Below, in pieces: positions 1-9,262 of a stretch of 64,000 nt of DNA. The stretch's first letter is position 1, and the number at the start of each line of letters is the position of its first letter. The notes beneath the pieces were generated by a model. That model was not told the DNA's origin and searched no databases. It saw only the letters and a program-made list of their open reading frames with translations. The translations under genes and the position numbers were made by a program. Origin of the DNA: Sedimentisphaerales bacterium (GTDB lineage: Bacteria > Planctomycetota > Phycisphaerae > Sedimentisphaerales > SM23-30). The stretch is from positions 115,645 through 179,644 of the forward strand of contig CAXXMR010000018.1 in NCBI GenBank assembly GCA_963663805.2. Reading direction: 5' to 3'.

Positions 1-116
1 CGGCGGGGAAAATTGCGACCAATACGGCATTTATGTGTAAGGTTCCGGCCAAGTGCATCTTGCGGGGTTCTTTGAAAAATTGATAATACGGCTCATGATT
101 TAATGGAGAGGCAATC

Positions 117-467
117 ATGGGCAAAGCGCGAAAATCTGATACGGAACAGCGGCAGTTTTGGCGGATGGTGCTGGAGACATTTCAATCCAGTGGGTTATCC
201 GTTCGTCAGTTTTGTCGGCAGGAAGGTTTATCTGAGCCATCTTTTTATTCCTGGCGCAGGCGTCTGACCCAAGCCCGAAACTCTGATTACGACAGCAAGT
301 CAGAGGCGCAGCCGGAGGCCTTCATTCGCGTTTCGATGCCCCCGTCCCAGCCCGGTTCTCTGGAGCTTGTTCTGGCGGCTGGCCATACATTGCGGATACC
401 TTCAAATATCGACGATGCATTTTTAACCGGCGTTCTTTCCGCGCTAAAACAGGCAAAGCTATGCTAA
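117..467 (+). CDS. tnpA: IS66 accessory protein TnpA (HTH)
   Basis: W..(x)..SGLSVRQFCRQEGLS..SFYSWRRRL motif; overlaps tnpB. Confidence 0.9.
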   Translation: MGKARKSDTEQRQFWRMVLETFQSSGLSVRQFCRQEGLSEPSFYSWRRRLTQARNSDYDSKSEAQPEAFIRVSMPPSQPGSLELVLAAGHTLRIPSNIDDAFLTGVLSALKQAKLC

Positions 468-820
468 CTCTGCCCCCGGCGGTGAAGATTTTCATTTACT
501 CTCAGCCGACGGATATGCGTTGCGGTTTTAACAAGCTTTCGATGCTGGCGGAAAACTTCATGCTTCAAGATTCGTTCAGCGGCCATCTGTTTGTGTTCTT
601 CAATAAACGCGGCGACAAATGTAAGATTCTTTTCTGGGACCGCACCGGATTCGTCGTTTGGTATAAGCGGCTGGAGGAAGGCACGTTTGAAAAAATCCCC
701 GGCAAAAATAATCAGGCATCAATCGAAGTTGATATTGCCAAGCTAAGCTGGATACTGGAAGGCATTGATTTATTTCGCAGTCGCCGCCGAAAACGCTATG
801 AGCGTAAAAGCTCGCTATAG
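461..820 (+). CDS. tnpB: IS66 accessory protein TnpB
   Basis: PTDMRCGF..L, LFVFFNKR..KILFWDRTGF..WYKRLEEGTF motifs. Confidence 0.95.
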   Translation: MLTLPPAVKIFIYSQPTDMRCGFNKLSMLAENFMLQDSFSGHLFVFFNKRGDKCKILFWDRTGFVVWYKRLEEGTFEKIPGKNNQASIEVDIAKLSWILEGIDLFRSRRRKRYERKSSL

Positions 821-933
821 GCTCTTAGAGTTAAGAATATTACATATTTTCTCATTTTTATGCTTGCTTTTTTCATCATTTCGCTTATCATAATCTCATC
901 GTTAAGGATGACGAAGTTACTAAACGTTACGGA

Positions 934-2460
934 TTGATGATGGCTGAAAAGATAACCGCTCAAAGCTCTGTCGAGCAGCTTCCCGATGATGTTGCCACTC
1001 TTAAAGAGATGGTTCTGACGCTGTTGGGTCAGATTGATGATCTCAGCGGCCAGTTGTATTATCTCAAGCGGCAGTTGTTCGGCAAGAAAAGCGAAAAGCT
1101 CGATCCGGCTCAGCGTTTGTTGTTTGAAAATCTTTACGAGGAAGTTCAACAGAAGATTGAACAGCAGAAGCCCTCACGCGCCAAGGTTGTCAAAGGCCGT
1201 AAGAATGCTAATCATCAAGGCCGCAAGCCGCTGCCGGAAAATTTGCGCCGCGAAACTATCGACATTGAACCTGCCGAAGAAGAAAAAACCTGCCCGGTAT
1301 GCCATAACGAAAAAGAACGTATCGGCGAGGAAGTAACCGAAAAGCTGGATTATGTGCCCGCATCTTTTTATGTTCAGCGTTATGTCAGAAGCAAATACGC
1401 CTGCAAGGTTTGCGAGAATAATATCTCGATTGGCGAACTGCCGCCCATGGCGATCGACAAAGGCATTCCCGCTGAAGGTTTGCTGGCGTATATCATAACG
1501 AGCAAGTATGCGGACCACCAGCCGTTGAACCGTCTGGAAGGTATTATTAAGCGGCACGGCGTGGAAATCAACGTCTCAACCATGTGCGACTGGGTGGGCA
1601 GTTGCGCTGAACTGCTGGAGCCGCTGGTCAAACGTATGCGGGAGAAGATTCAGCAGTCGGAAATCATTTATACCGATGATACCTCCATCCCCATCAAGAG
1701 CAAAAACCGTAAAGGATCCACGTATAAGGGCTATTTGTGGGTTTATATCGATACTGATTATAATGTGGCGTTTGATTTTACGCCGACGCGTTCGCGCGAA
1801 GGTCCGCTAAATTTTATCGGCAGAGATTATCAGGGTTTTGTGCATGCCGATGCTTATAGCGGCTATGATGAACTGTTTCGGGCTACCGATGCCGTTGAGG
1901 TGGCTTGTAATGCGCATGCGCGGCGGAAGTTTGAATACGCTTTAGACAGCGACCCGGTGCGGGCGGCACATTTTATGGTGCTCTGGGGTAAGCTTTATGA
2001 AATCGAGCGACGGGCAAAAGCGGAAAAATATTCGCCGGAGCAACTTTTGCAAGCCCGCCAGGAAGAAGCCCTGCCGATCTTTGCCGAAATCCGGGCGAAG
2101 CTGGATGAGTATCAGGGACAGGTTCTGCCTAAAAATAATATGGGCAAAGCCGTCACCTACGCCCTGAACCAGTGGGATGCCCTGGTCCGCTATACCAGCG
2201 ACCCACGGCTGAGCATCGATAATAATCTTTCGGAACGAACGCTGAGAATGGTAGTCATTGGCCGAAAAAATTATATGTTCGCCGGCAGCGAAGCCGGAGC
2301 CGAACGCGCCGCCATAATCTACAGCCTGGTCGCCGGCTGCAAACTCCACAATCACGACCCATTCGCGTATTTCAATTATGTCCTCAGAAAAATCTCCACC
2401 ACCGGCGCCAACCAAATCGACACCCTCCTGCCCGCCAACTGGAAAACCCCGCAAAATTAA
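934..2460 (+). CDS. tnpC: IS66 DDE transposase TnpC
   Basis: LFGKKSEK, zinc-finger CxxC pairs, KYADHQPLNR, ADAYSGY, CNAHARRKF, IDNNLSER, LLPANW. ATG starts at 937/940. Confidence 0.95.
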   Translation: MMMAEKITAQSSVEQLPDDVATLKEMVLTLLGQIDDLSGQLYYLKRQLFGKKSEKLDPAQRLLFENLYEEVQQKIEQQKPSRAKVVKGRKNANHQGRKPLPENLRRETIDIEPAEEEKTCPVCHNEKERIGEEVTEKLDYVPASFYVQRYVRSKYACKVCENNISIGELPPMAIDKGIPAEGLLAYIITSKYADHQPLNRLEGIIKRHGVEINVSTMCDWVGSCAELLEPLVKRMREKIQQSEIIYTDDTSIPIKSKNRKGSTYKGYLWVYIDTDYNVAFDFTPTRSREGPLNFIGRDYQGFVHADAYSGYDELFRATDAVEVACNAHARRKFEYALDSDPVRAAHFMVLWGKLYEIERRAKAEKYSPEQLLQARQEEALPIFAEIRAKLDEYQGQVLPKNNMGKAVTYALNQWDALVRYTSDPRLSIDNNLSERTLRMVVIGRKNYMFAGSEAGAERAAIIYSLVAGCKLHNHDPFAYFNYVLRKISTTGANQIDTLLPANWKTPQN

Positions 2461-2899
2461 CCCGCCCCAACCGCAATCCACCAATTGTCAGCCAAGGTGT
2501 ACTTGGCCGGAAACTTACTTTACAAATGGGTACGAATTACTGATAGTCAGGGAATCGGCGATATAGGGGACCGGCTTAATCAAAAACCTGATTTTCATAA
2601 GATTTTCTCCCCGCTCTGGAGGAATAGCTTTCGTAACTTCCTGTTTTTAAGAAACTTGGAAGATTTACCGCTGCGTGAAGTTTTTTTGAATATTCTTGTA
2701 ATTTCCGGGTTTTTATGATAGATTAGCCGTAGATTTCATTGCTGCGGTGCTTTTCCGGCCGCGGCGGATGTTTAATTTAATAGAGGGGCCTTTCGTTTTA
2801 AGCCCGACTGTGGATTATTGGCGGCTAATGTTTTTTTCAACATTTTCCTCCTCGTAGCCCTAAGTATGGATATTACCCAAAATCTAGAGTGGTGAAAAA

Positions 2900-3640
2900 A
2901 TGGAAAAAAACAATATCGATAACATTAAGACTAGAGGTTGGATTACTCCCCTCGTTGAAAAATTAGTTACAAAAGCATCCTCTTTATCGGAGTTTGTTTT
3001 AGGTAAAAGGTTAGATTATCAGAAAAAATCTGCCGACCGTGCCATAACAGCAGAACGGGCCAAACACGTTGATACTTATGTTGTATCATTTTTCATTATT
3101 AACACCTTATCGTATTTTATTATTAATCTTTGTGTAGGGCGGACAGCCTGGCATTTATTATTGATTATAGCTCCTACAATTAGAATTGTCGAAATTGTTT
3201 CTTCTATAATTCGTATAGTTTTATTTGATCGTTCAAATATTAAAAAAGATGAAGAACCTATTGTAGCAGCATATTCTCGAATGATTATACTTGGAATTCT
3301 CAACTATATAGATGTAGTGATATGTTTTGCTTGTATATATAGCCTTGGGAAAAACTTGTTACACTCTAATGAAAATATGGATTGGTTTACTTCGATTTAT
3401 TTTAGTGCTATTACACAGATGACAATTGGATATGGTGATGTTTATCCAATTGGATATTTGAGATATATTGCATGTACTCAAGGATTTATAGGCTTAATTA
3501 TCATTGTTTTTGTTGTGGGAAGGTTTATTTCTCTTTTAGCACCCGAAAAAAGTATTGACGACATAAAATTTTCATCATCTGAACATGCATCGGCTACTGG
3601 AAAGGATACCGTAAATCCAACTTCGAATGATAAAGTTTGA
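2900..3640 (+). CDS. Potassium channel family protein (two-TM pore domain)
   Basis: YFSAITQMTIGYGDVYP selectivity filter between TM helices; AT-rich gene. Confidence 0.85.
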   Translation: MEKNNIDNIKTRGWITPLVEKLVTKASSLSEFVLGKRLDYQKKSADRAITAERAKHVDTYVVSFFIINTLSYFIINLCVGRTAWHLLLIIAPTIRIVEIVSSIIRIVLFDRSNIKKDEEPIVAAYSRMIILGILNYIDVVICFACIYSLGKNLLHSNENMDWFTSIYFSAITQMTIGYGDVYPIGYLRYIACTQGFIGLIIIVFVVGRFISLLAPEKSIDDIKFSSSEHASATGKDTVNPTSNDKV

Positions 3641-3688
3641 TTCGAGTATTTAATTTTTTAAAACATTTGATAAGGAATACACAGAGAA

Positions 3689-4294
3689 ATGATGCTTGCT
3701 GAAATTCCAATTTGCTTAGACCCTTTTGCTTGCACACTAGCCCTTATTGCGATTTTTTATGCGATATGGGAAGCCCGTAAAAACAATGTTATAATTTTAA
3801 AAATGAAAGAATTCAGTTTTAGTGGAGTACAGAGTGTAGATGAAAATGATGGGGAAAAATTTGTGTGTCTTAGAGTAGTAATTCTGAATAAGGGAATGAC
3901 TTTACATAATGTAAAGCTATTTTTGTCATATACTCATTTCAGTGGATTGGGTAGAGTGTCTGTTCCTGTTCCTATTAATGAGACAATATATAATAAGGGA
4001 GATTTTGCCCGGGGTATGTTGGCTGAATTTGTAATCAAATCGTACAAATACAAAAATTGTGATATGCTACTCGAAACTCTTAATAATGTTGAAAAACAGA
4101 ATGTTACATTGTGTTTATATTCCCAAAATTATCTTGCCAAGGAATTTCGATTTGATAATTTCTTCAAGGACGTAGAACGGAAACTAAAAAAAATGCCTAA
4201 CTACAAATTTTTTAAATTACACCTTGGTAATTTTAGAAAAGAGAGTTTGCAATTATTTATTGACGTTTTAAAGAGGGAAAGAGATTTGCCATGA
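3689..4294 (+). CDS. Hypothetical protein with N-terminal membrane anchor
   Basis: 201-aa AT-rich ORF; AAGGA upstream; hydrophobic N-terminus. Confidence 0.65.
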   Translation: MMLAEIPICLDPFACTLALIAIFYAIWEARKNNVIILKMKEFSFSGVQSVDENDGEKFVCLRVVILNKGMTLHNVKLFLSYTHFSGLGRVSVPVPINETIYNKGDFARGMLAEFVIKSYKYKNCDMLLETLNNVEKQNVTLCLYSQNYLAKEFRFDNFFKDVERKLKKMPNYKFFKLHLGNFRKESLQLFIDVLKRERDLP

Positions 4295-4401
4295 TTGTAG
4301 TGATTGATTATTGGAGTACCGAAACGGTGTCCGGTCCTTTTTTGCTTGAGGAATAAAACCGACTGAACCCCACCACCTCGGGTTTATCGTTCTTAAGAGG
4401 A

Positions 4402-4431
4402 AGGCAAGAGGCATGAGGCGATAGGCAAGAG
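4402..4431. repeat. 7-bp short tandem repeat (AGGCAAG-like x4)
   Basis: AGGCAAG AGGCATG AGGCGAT AGGCAAG. Confidence 0.7.
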
Positions 4432-4552
4432 TGAAGGTTTGGCCTCCGGCCAGTTGAAATTTTGTTAATGATCTGGCCCGGGACGCTGTCTCGTGCGGTT
4501 TCCCCCCGGCTGCCGCCAAATCAGTAATCCGTTTTCAGCAGAAAAAATTTGA

Positions 4553-4641
4553 ACCACGAAGCTCGCGAAGTTCACGAAGAAAACATTTATATAACAATAC
4601 AATAATTCTTTTAACTTCGTGTCTTTCGTGCCCTTCGTGGT
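4553..4641. repeat. REP-like palindrome with 9-bp-period arms
   Basis: ACCACGAAGCTCGCGAAGTTCACGAAG ... CTTCGTGTCTTTCGTGCCCTTCGTGGT around an AT-rich loop. Confidence 0.8.
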
Positions 4642-4843
4642 GCTTAATTCTTTTGTAGCTGTTATTAAAAAACCGCGAAATCCGGTGCGTATCGCACAGA
4701 TAGATATAATCATCCGCGGCTAAATTATTTAGTATTAAGAAAAACGCCGTAATAATACTGATAATCCCGAAAGTTTCGTTTTTCCGCTCAAAGAATCATG
4801 TTATAACAGATTTGACGTCCCATAAAAACCCCCGCGGCGTAAC

Positions 4844-5090
4844 GGCGCTTTTGTCATAGCTCTGCTGATTAAATCAGAAGAGTTCTGACCAAAGGAATCA
4901 TAGCGCCGACTTTGTCAGCAGAGCGCTGATTTAATCAGCAGAGCGCCGACAAAAGAATAATCCCGCCGATCTAAGCGCAGCTCTGCCGACAAAAGCGCCA
5001 TTTCCCCGATTTAATCATCGACCCGCCGCCGAAATTGCAGCCTTGCCGACCCGGTCAACAAACCGCCGCTAAAAGAAATACTACACCGCC
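4844..5090. repeat. Degenerate 20-bp-period tandem array with nested inverted repeat
   Basis: GCCGAC/GCCGAT-like core recurs every 20 nt from about 4905 to 5070; 30-bp inverted repeat 4848-4877 vs 4926-4955. Confidence 0.75.
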
Positions 5091-5451
5091 GGAAACGCCG
5101 GGAATATTCCCCGCTCGGTCGATCAACTCTGTTTTTTTTCGTAAGGTGCTGGAAGATATGGCTTTAGGGTTAAATCGGACGGGCTTTGGCGGGGCGATAG
5201 CGTCTATTTTAGAAATTTGTGGTATTTCGGGCGGCGGCCGGGGCCGGGCGGTGATGTTGGAAGCATAGAGCCTGTTTTTGTCTGGTTTATGCCGGGGCGA
5301 TAGCGAAAAATGTGAGGATTGACCGTTTCGAGTTTCATTGTTTCCATCTTTTGGCCGACAGGGGACATTTCTATATTATTATATTCAGTTATAATGTTTA
5401 CACGCTATAGTTGCGTGAGAGTTTGGCGGCTGAGATATTCTGGTAAGAGAG

Positions 5452-6786
5452 TTGGTTATGAAACTGTATAAGATGATGAGGTGGTATTTTCGTGTATCTC
5501 TGGTTTGGCGTATTCTGGTTTGTCTGGCTGTCGGGGCGGTGATCGGGATTGTTTTATGGATACTTTCTGAGCGTACCGACTGGCTGAATCTTCCCGCGAT
5601 CATTAATATCGTCGCGCCGTTCGGGAATGTTTTTGTTTATATGCTCAAAATGATCGTGGTGCCGGTTATCTTCTTTTCGCTGGTGCTGGGGGCCGGTAAT
5701 TTGCCATTGAAAAAATTCGGTATTGTCGGGGCCAAGACCATGGGCTGGTACTTTCTGACCTCTGTTTTTGCGGCGGTTGTCGGGGCATTTCTGGCATTAC
5801 TGCTCAATCCGGGCTCCGGCAGCGACCTGGCGGACTGGAATGAAATGGCTACCCTGCTTTCCGCTCAGGTGGGGCAGGTCAGTGACTCCGCTCAAAGCGA
5901 TGGAACCTTTACGGCATTATTGTACAGTATGTTCCAGAACCCGTTCCACGCGTTGGCGGAAGGGAATTTTCTGCCGATAATCGTTTTCGCGATTCTTTTT
6001 GGTCTGGCCGTCCGGGTCTGTATGGAGGCTTCGGAGGATAGCCGGTATATCGCTCGCCTGCAGCAGTTAATGGATGTGCTGGAGGCCTGTCGCGATGCGA
6101 TGTTCAAGATCGTTGACTGGGTGCTGGAATATTCTCCGGTGGGGGTGCTGGCCTTGACCATTGTGAACTTCGCCTTATACGGGCCTAAAATCGTGGGCCC
6201 TTATGTGAGTATTACGCTGGGTGTCATCGGCGGGATTGCGGTAATGATTTTTATTGTTTATCCGATATTGATGTGGCTGGTTACCCGTCATAATCCTTTC
6301 ACGGTACTAAAGAAGATTCAGGAAGCGATGATTATGGCTTTTATGACACGCAGCAGTGCGGCGACGCTGCCGGTCTCCATGAAAGTAGCTGAGGAGGAAT
6401 TGAATGTCCATGATGAACTGGCGAGCTTTGCCCTGCCTTTGGGGGCGACCATTAATATGGACGGGGTTTGTGTGCATCTGCCGATGTTTGCGGTTCTGGC
6501 CGCTAATATGTTTGGCCTGGAGTTAAGCGTCTATAGCTTGTTTGTTTTGGTTATGACGACGGTATTGGCCTCAATCGGTGCCGGCGGTGTCCCGGGGGGC
6601 AGTTTGATGCTGCTGTTTATTATCTTGAGAACGATGGGATTAGCGGAAGATCAGGTCTCGATTATTGTGGCTCTGGCTCTGGGTATCAATCCGGTGTTGG
6701 ATATGTTTGAAACGATGAATAATGTGACCGGCGATCTGGTTTGTACTTATACGGTTGCCTCGAGAGAGAAACTCATCAAGGATTAA
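5452..6786 (+). CDS. Dicarboxylate/amino acid:cation symporter (DAACS), probably serine-related
   Basis: LKMIVVP, TRSSAATLP, LPLGATINMDG, GAGGVPGG, DMFETMNNVTGD motifs; adjacent to serine dehydratase. Confidence 0.93.
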   Translation: MVMKLYKMMRWYFRVSLVWRILVCLAVGAVIGIVLWILSERTDWLNLPAIINIVAPFGNVFVYMLKMIVVPVIFFSLVLGAGNLPLKKFGIVGAKTMGWYFLTSVFAAVVGAFLALLLNPGSGSDLADWNEMATLLSAQVGQVSDSAQSDGTFTALLYSMFQNPFHALAEGNFLPIIVFAILFGLAVRVCMEASEDSRYIARLQQLMDVLEACRDAMFKIVDWVLEYSPVGVLALTIVNFALYGPKIVGPYVSITLGVIGGIAVMIFIVYPILMWLVTRHNPFTVLKKIQEAMIMAFMTRSSAATLPVSMKVAEEELNVHDELASFALPLGATINMDGVCVHLPMFAVLAANMFGLELSVYSLFVLVMTTVLASIGAGGVPGGSLMLLFIILRTMGLAEDQVSIIVALALGINPVLDMFETMNNVTGDLVCTYTVASREKLIKD

Positions 6787-6794
6787 CTCATTCT

Positions 6795-8006
6795 GTGAAG
6801 TCCTGCGCATCCATATATAAAACAGGGGTGGGCCCTTCCAGCTCCCATAGTATGGGGCCTCGAAAAGCCTCCGAAAATTTCAAGCAGATGCTTTCCGGCT
6901 CTGTCAGTATGATACGGGTGGAATTATACGGGAGTCTGGCCGCGACCGGCAAAGGACACCTTACCGATAAAGCCATCTCGGAGTCATTGCTTGATTATCC
7001 GGTGGAGTTTGTCTGGAAACCCGATGAGCATCTTCCGCAACATGCAAACGCTATGATTTTTAAGGCTTACAGCGGCTCTGATTTGCTTAAGTCGTGGACG
7101 GTTTACAGTATCGGCGGCGGCGAAATATCTGAGGCAGGCAGGCATGATGCTGCGGCCGATCAGGTCTATGGCCTGGATTCGATTGGAGCCATTATGACTG
7201 AATGTTCCGGGCGAGATTTGCCTCTGATCGATTATATTACTTCAAAGGAAGATACCGGATTTTGGGAGAAGATAGATGCGATATGGGCAGTAATGAAATC
7301 CGCAGTGCAAAAAGGTCTGGAGCAAAAGGCGGTCTCTCTGCCCGGCCCGTTAGAACTGAAACGGAGAGCCGGGACGATGTTCCATTCCGCGAATAAGCAT
7401 ATCGGTACCGTCAGAGATATGAATCTGGTATCAGCCTATGCTCTGGCGGTTGCCGAGGAAAATGCTGCCGGAGGCCGGATCGTAACTGCGCCGACTTGCG
7501 GAGCTTGCGGCGTTTTGCCCGGTATCCTTTATTTTCTTTATGACAATTGCCATACGACGAATCAGGATGTCGCCAAAGCCCTGGCGGTTGCAGGATTGTT
7601 CGGAGTTTCAGTGGCGACCCGGGCTTCTATCAGCGGTGCCGAGGTGGGTTGTCAGGGAGAGATCGGGGTGGCTTGCGCGATGGCTTCCGCCGCGGCAGCA
7701 TTTCTTCTGGGAGGAAACAACCAGCAAATCGAATATGCCGCGGAAATGGGCATGGAGCATTTTCTGGGGTTGACTTGCGACCCGGTTAAAGGATATGTGC
7801 AGATACCATGTATCGAACGAAATGCTTTTGCCGCGATGCGGGCGCTGGAATGTGCCGGTTACGCCGTTGCCACGGATGGACATCATATTGTCAGCTTTGA
7901 TGATGTTATTGATGTGATGAATGCGACGGGTAAGGATTTGCAGGAAAGATATAGAGAAACCGCTCTTGGGGGATTGGCGGCAATAATGGAAAATAAGATA
8001 CGATAA
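6795..8006 (+). CDS. sdaA: L-serine ammonia-lyase, Fe-S dependent
   Basis: GPSSSHSMGP, LYGSLAATGKGH, VTAPTCGACG, SISGAEVGCQGE, GLTCDP..VQIPCIERN. Likely GTG start at 6795. Confidence 0.93.
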   Translation: MKSCASIYKTGVGPSSSHSMGPRKASENFKQMLSGSVSMIRVELYGSLAATGKGHLTDKAISESLLDYPVEFVWKPDEHLPQHANAMIFKAYSGSDLLKSWTVYSIGGGEISEAGRHDAAADQVYGLDSIGAIMTECSGRDLPLIDYITSKEDTGFWEKIDAIWAVMKSAVQKGLEQKAVSLPGPLELKRRAGTMFHSANKHIGTVRDMNLVSAYALAVAEENAAGGRIVTAPTCGACGVLPGILYFLYDNCHTTNQDVAKALAVAGLFGVSVATRASISGAEVGCQGEIGVACAMASAAAAFLLGGNNQQIEYAAEMGMEHFLGLTCDPVKGYVQIPCIERNAFAAMRALECAGYAVATDGHHIVSFDDVIDVMNATGKDLQERYRETALGGLAAIMENKIR

Positions 8007-8221
8007 ATCAGTGTCGTCCTGTTATTGGAGATCATATATCAAGAGCAGCCTGAACCGAATATATTATTGAAAGCGATTGTAAGTGGAGTTATGCAAAATG
8101 CCGATTTGGCATACGTTATGATCAGAAAAGAGGCGCTGCGCTGTTTTTTCTGAGTCGCGAGGCTTTGTTGTAAGTTTTTTCCGGTTAATAATTTAATGCA
8201 TGTTTATGGAAAGGTAGCGAA

Positions 8222-9136
8222 ATGAGTAGGGCTGGTTTTGTTGGATTGATTTGTGTTGTGCTTGTGAGTATATATGCAAAATTTACCCTGTCGCAGACTG
8301 TCGCATCTGAGCTTTATGTTAAACAGCATAAAGCTGTGATGAAACTAAGAGCCAGGGTTGTTGATGGCAAAGAGGTTCATCTGACGTTTTGCAAAAACGC
8401 CTGGTTTGCCAGAAAGAGCAACTATGACGACCTGTTCAAGAATATTCTCATATATCGCAGGAAAGTGGATTTCACTTGCCTTAAGGATACAAAAGAGTAC
8501 TTTGACGGCTTAGTTTGCAGTGAAGCTGATATTTTGTATGAAGGGCCCGTTGACTGCCGGCAAAATAAAAATTTTAAATATATTGATAAAAGTGCTGTTG
8601 TTGGCGAAATTTATGCTTATTGGGTTAGTTTGTCCGACGGCCCGGCAACAGGTCCCGTTGCTGTAAAAATACGAGATTCCCGTATTTTCTGGTCGATGGA
8701 TAAAACCGCACAAGCTGCATATGACCTTGAAAAAGCATATCCAGGATTGGTTAAAGTCAAACCGATAGGTAAAACGGTTATGGGCCGAGATATTTTAGGG
8801 CTCGAGATTGGAAAGCAAAATAAAAAAATCGCATTAATTTCCGGTATACATGCTTCTGAAGCGGGGCCGGAAATCATTATTCCTGTACTAAAATCGCTGC
8901 TTGAAAATCACAAAGATATATTCAATCATGCTAGTATTATTGCTGTGCCTTGTATGAATATGGATCAAAGGCAAAAAGTCGTTGAAGGTGCTCCATGGTA
9001 TTTACGGACAAATATGGCGTTTGTTGATTTGAATCGTAATTTTCCCGGAGATTGGGAACAGGTTAGCTATAACTATGGCTGTGACAGTTCTTGCCCGGAT
9101 CATGTTACATATCGTGGGCCAACGCCTGGTGATTAG
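8222..9136 (+). pseudogene. Secreted M14 zinc carboxypeptidase-like protein, 3'-truncated by IS21
   Basis: Signal peptide, GIHASE (HxxE), RTN..VDLNRNF, YRGP; the ORF then stops inside the IS21 left end. Confidence 0.8.
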
Positions 9137-9262
9137 CATTGAAAATGGAGCCAGATTTGCGGGTTTTCTCTTCTGAAAAAGCATCGAAAAAGGAGCCACT
9201 GTAAAAGGCCGATAAGATGTGTTTAAGATACGTAACATTTTAGACACAGGAGGCTTAGAAAG

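Larger units (their letters stand above)
37..2518 (+). mobile_element. IS66-family insertion sequence, apparently intact (tnpA-tnpB-tnpC)
   Basis: 26-bp terminal inverted repeats with 3 mismatches: GTAAGGTTCCGGCCAAGTGCATCTTG (37) and CAAGGTGTACTTGGCCGGAAACTTAC (ends 2518). Three IS66 ORFs inside. No 8-bp TSD (flanks ATTTATGT / TTTACAAA). Confidence 0.95.

Noticed and set aside
796..2718. Antisense and alternate-frame ORFs over IS66 (and similar ones across the window, e.g. 21993-22706, 31540-32226, 58491-59075)
   Set aside because: They overlap well-supported genes and have no recognisable motifs.
2900..4300. Integron gene cassettes
   Set aside because: No attC-like RYYYAAC...GTTRRRY palindromes after the ORFs and no integron integrase.
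4844..5090. CRISPR array
   Set aside because: The period is only 20 bp with a ~6-bp degenerate core; there is no repeat-spacer structure and no cas genes.
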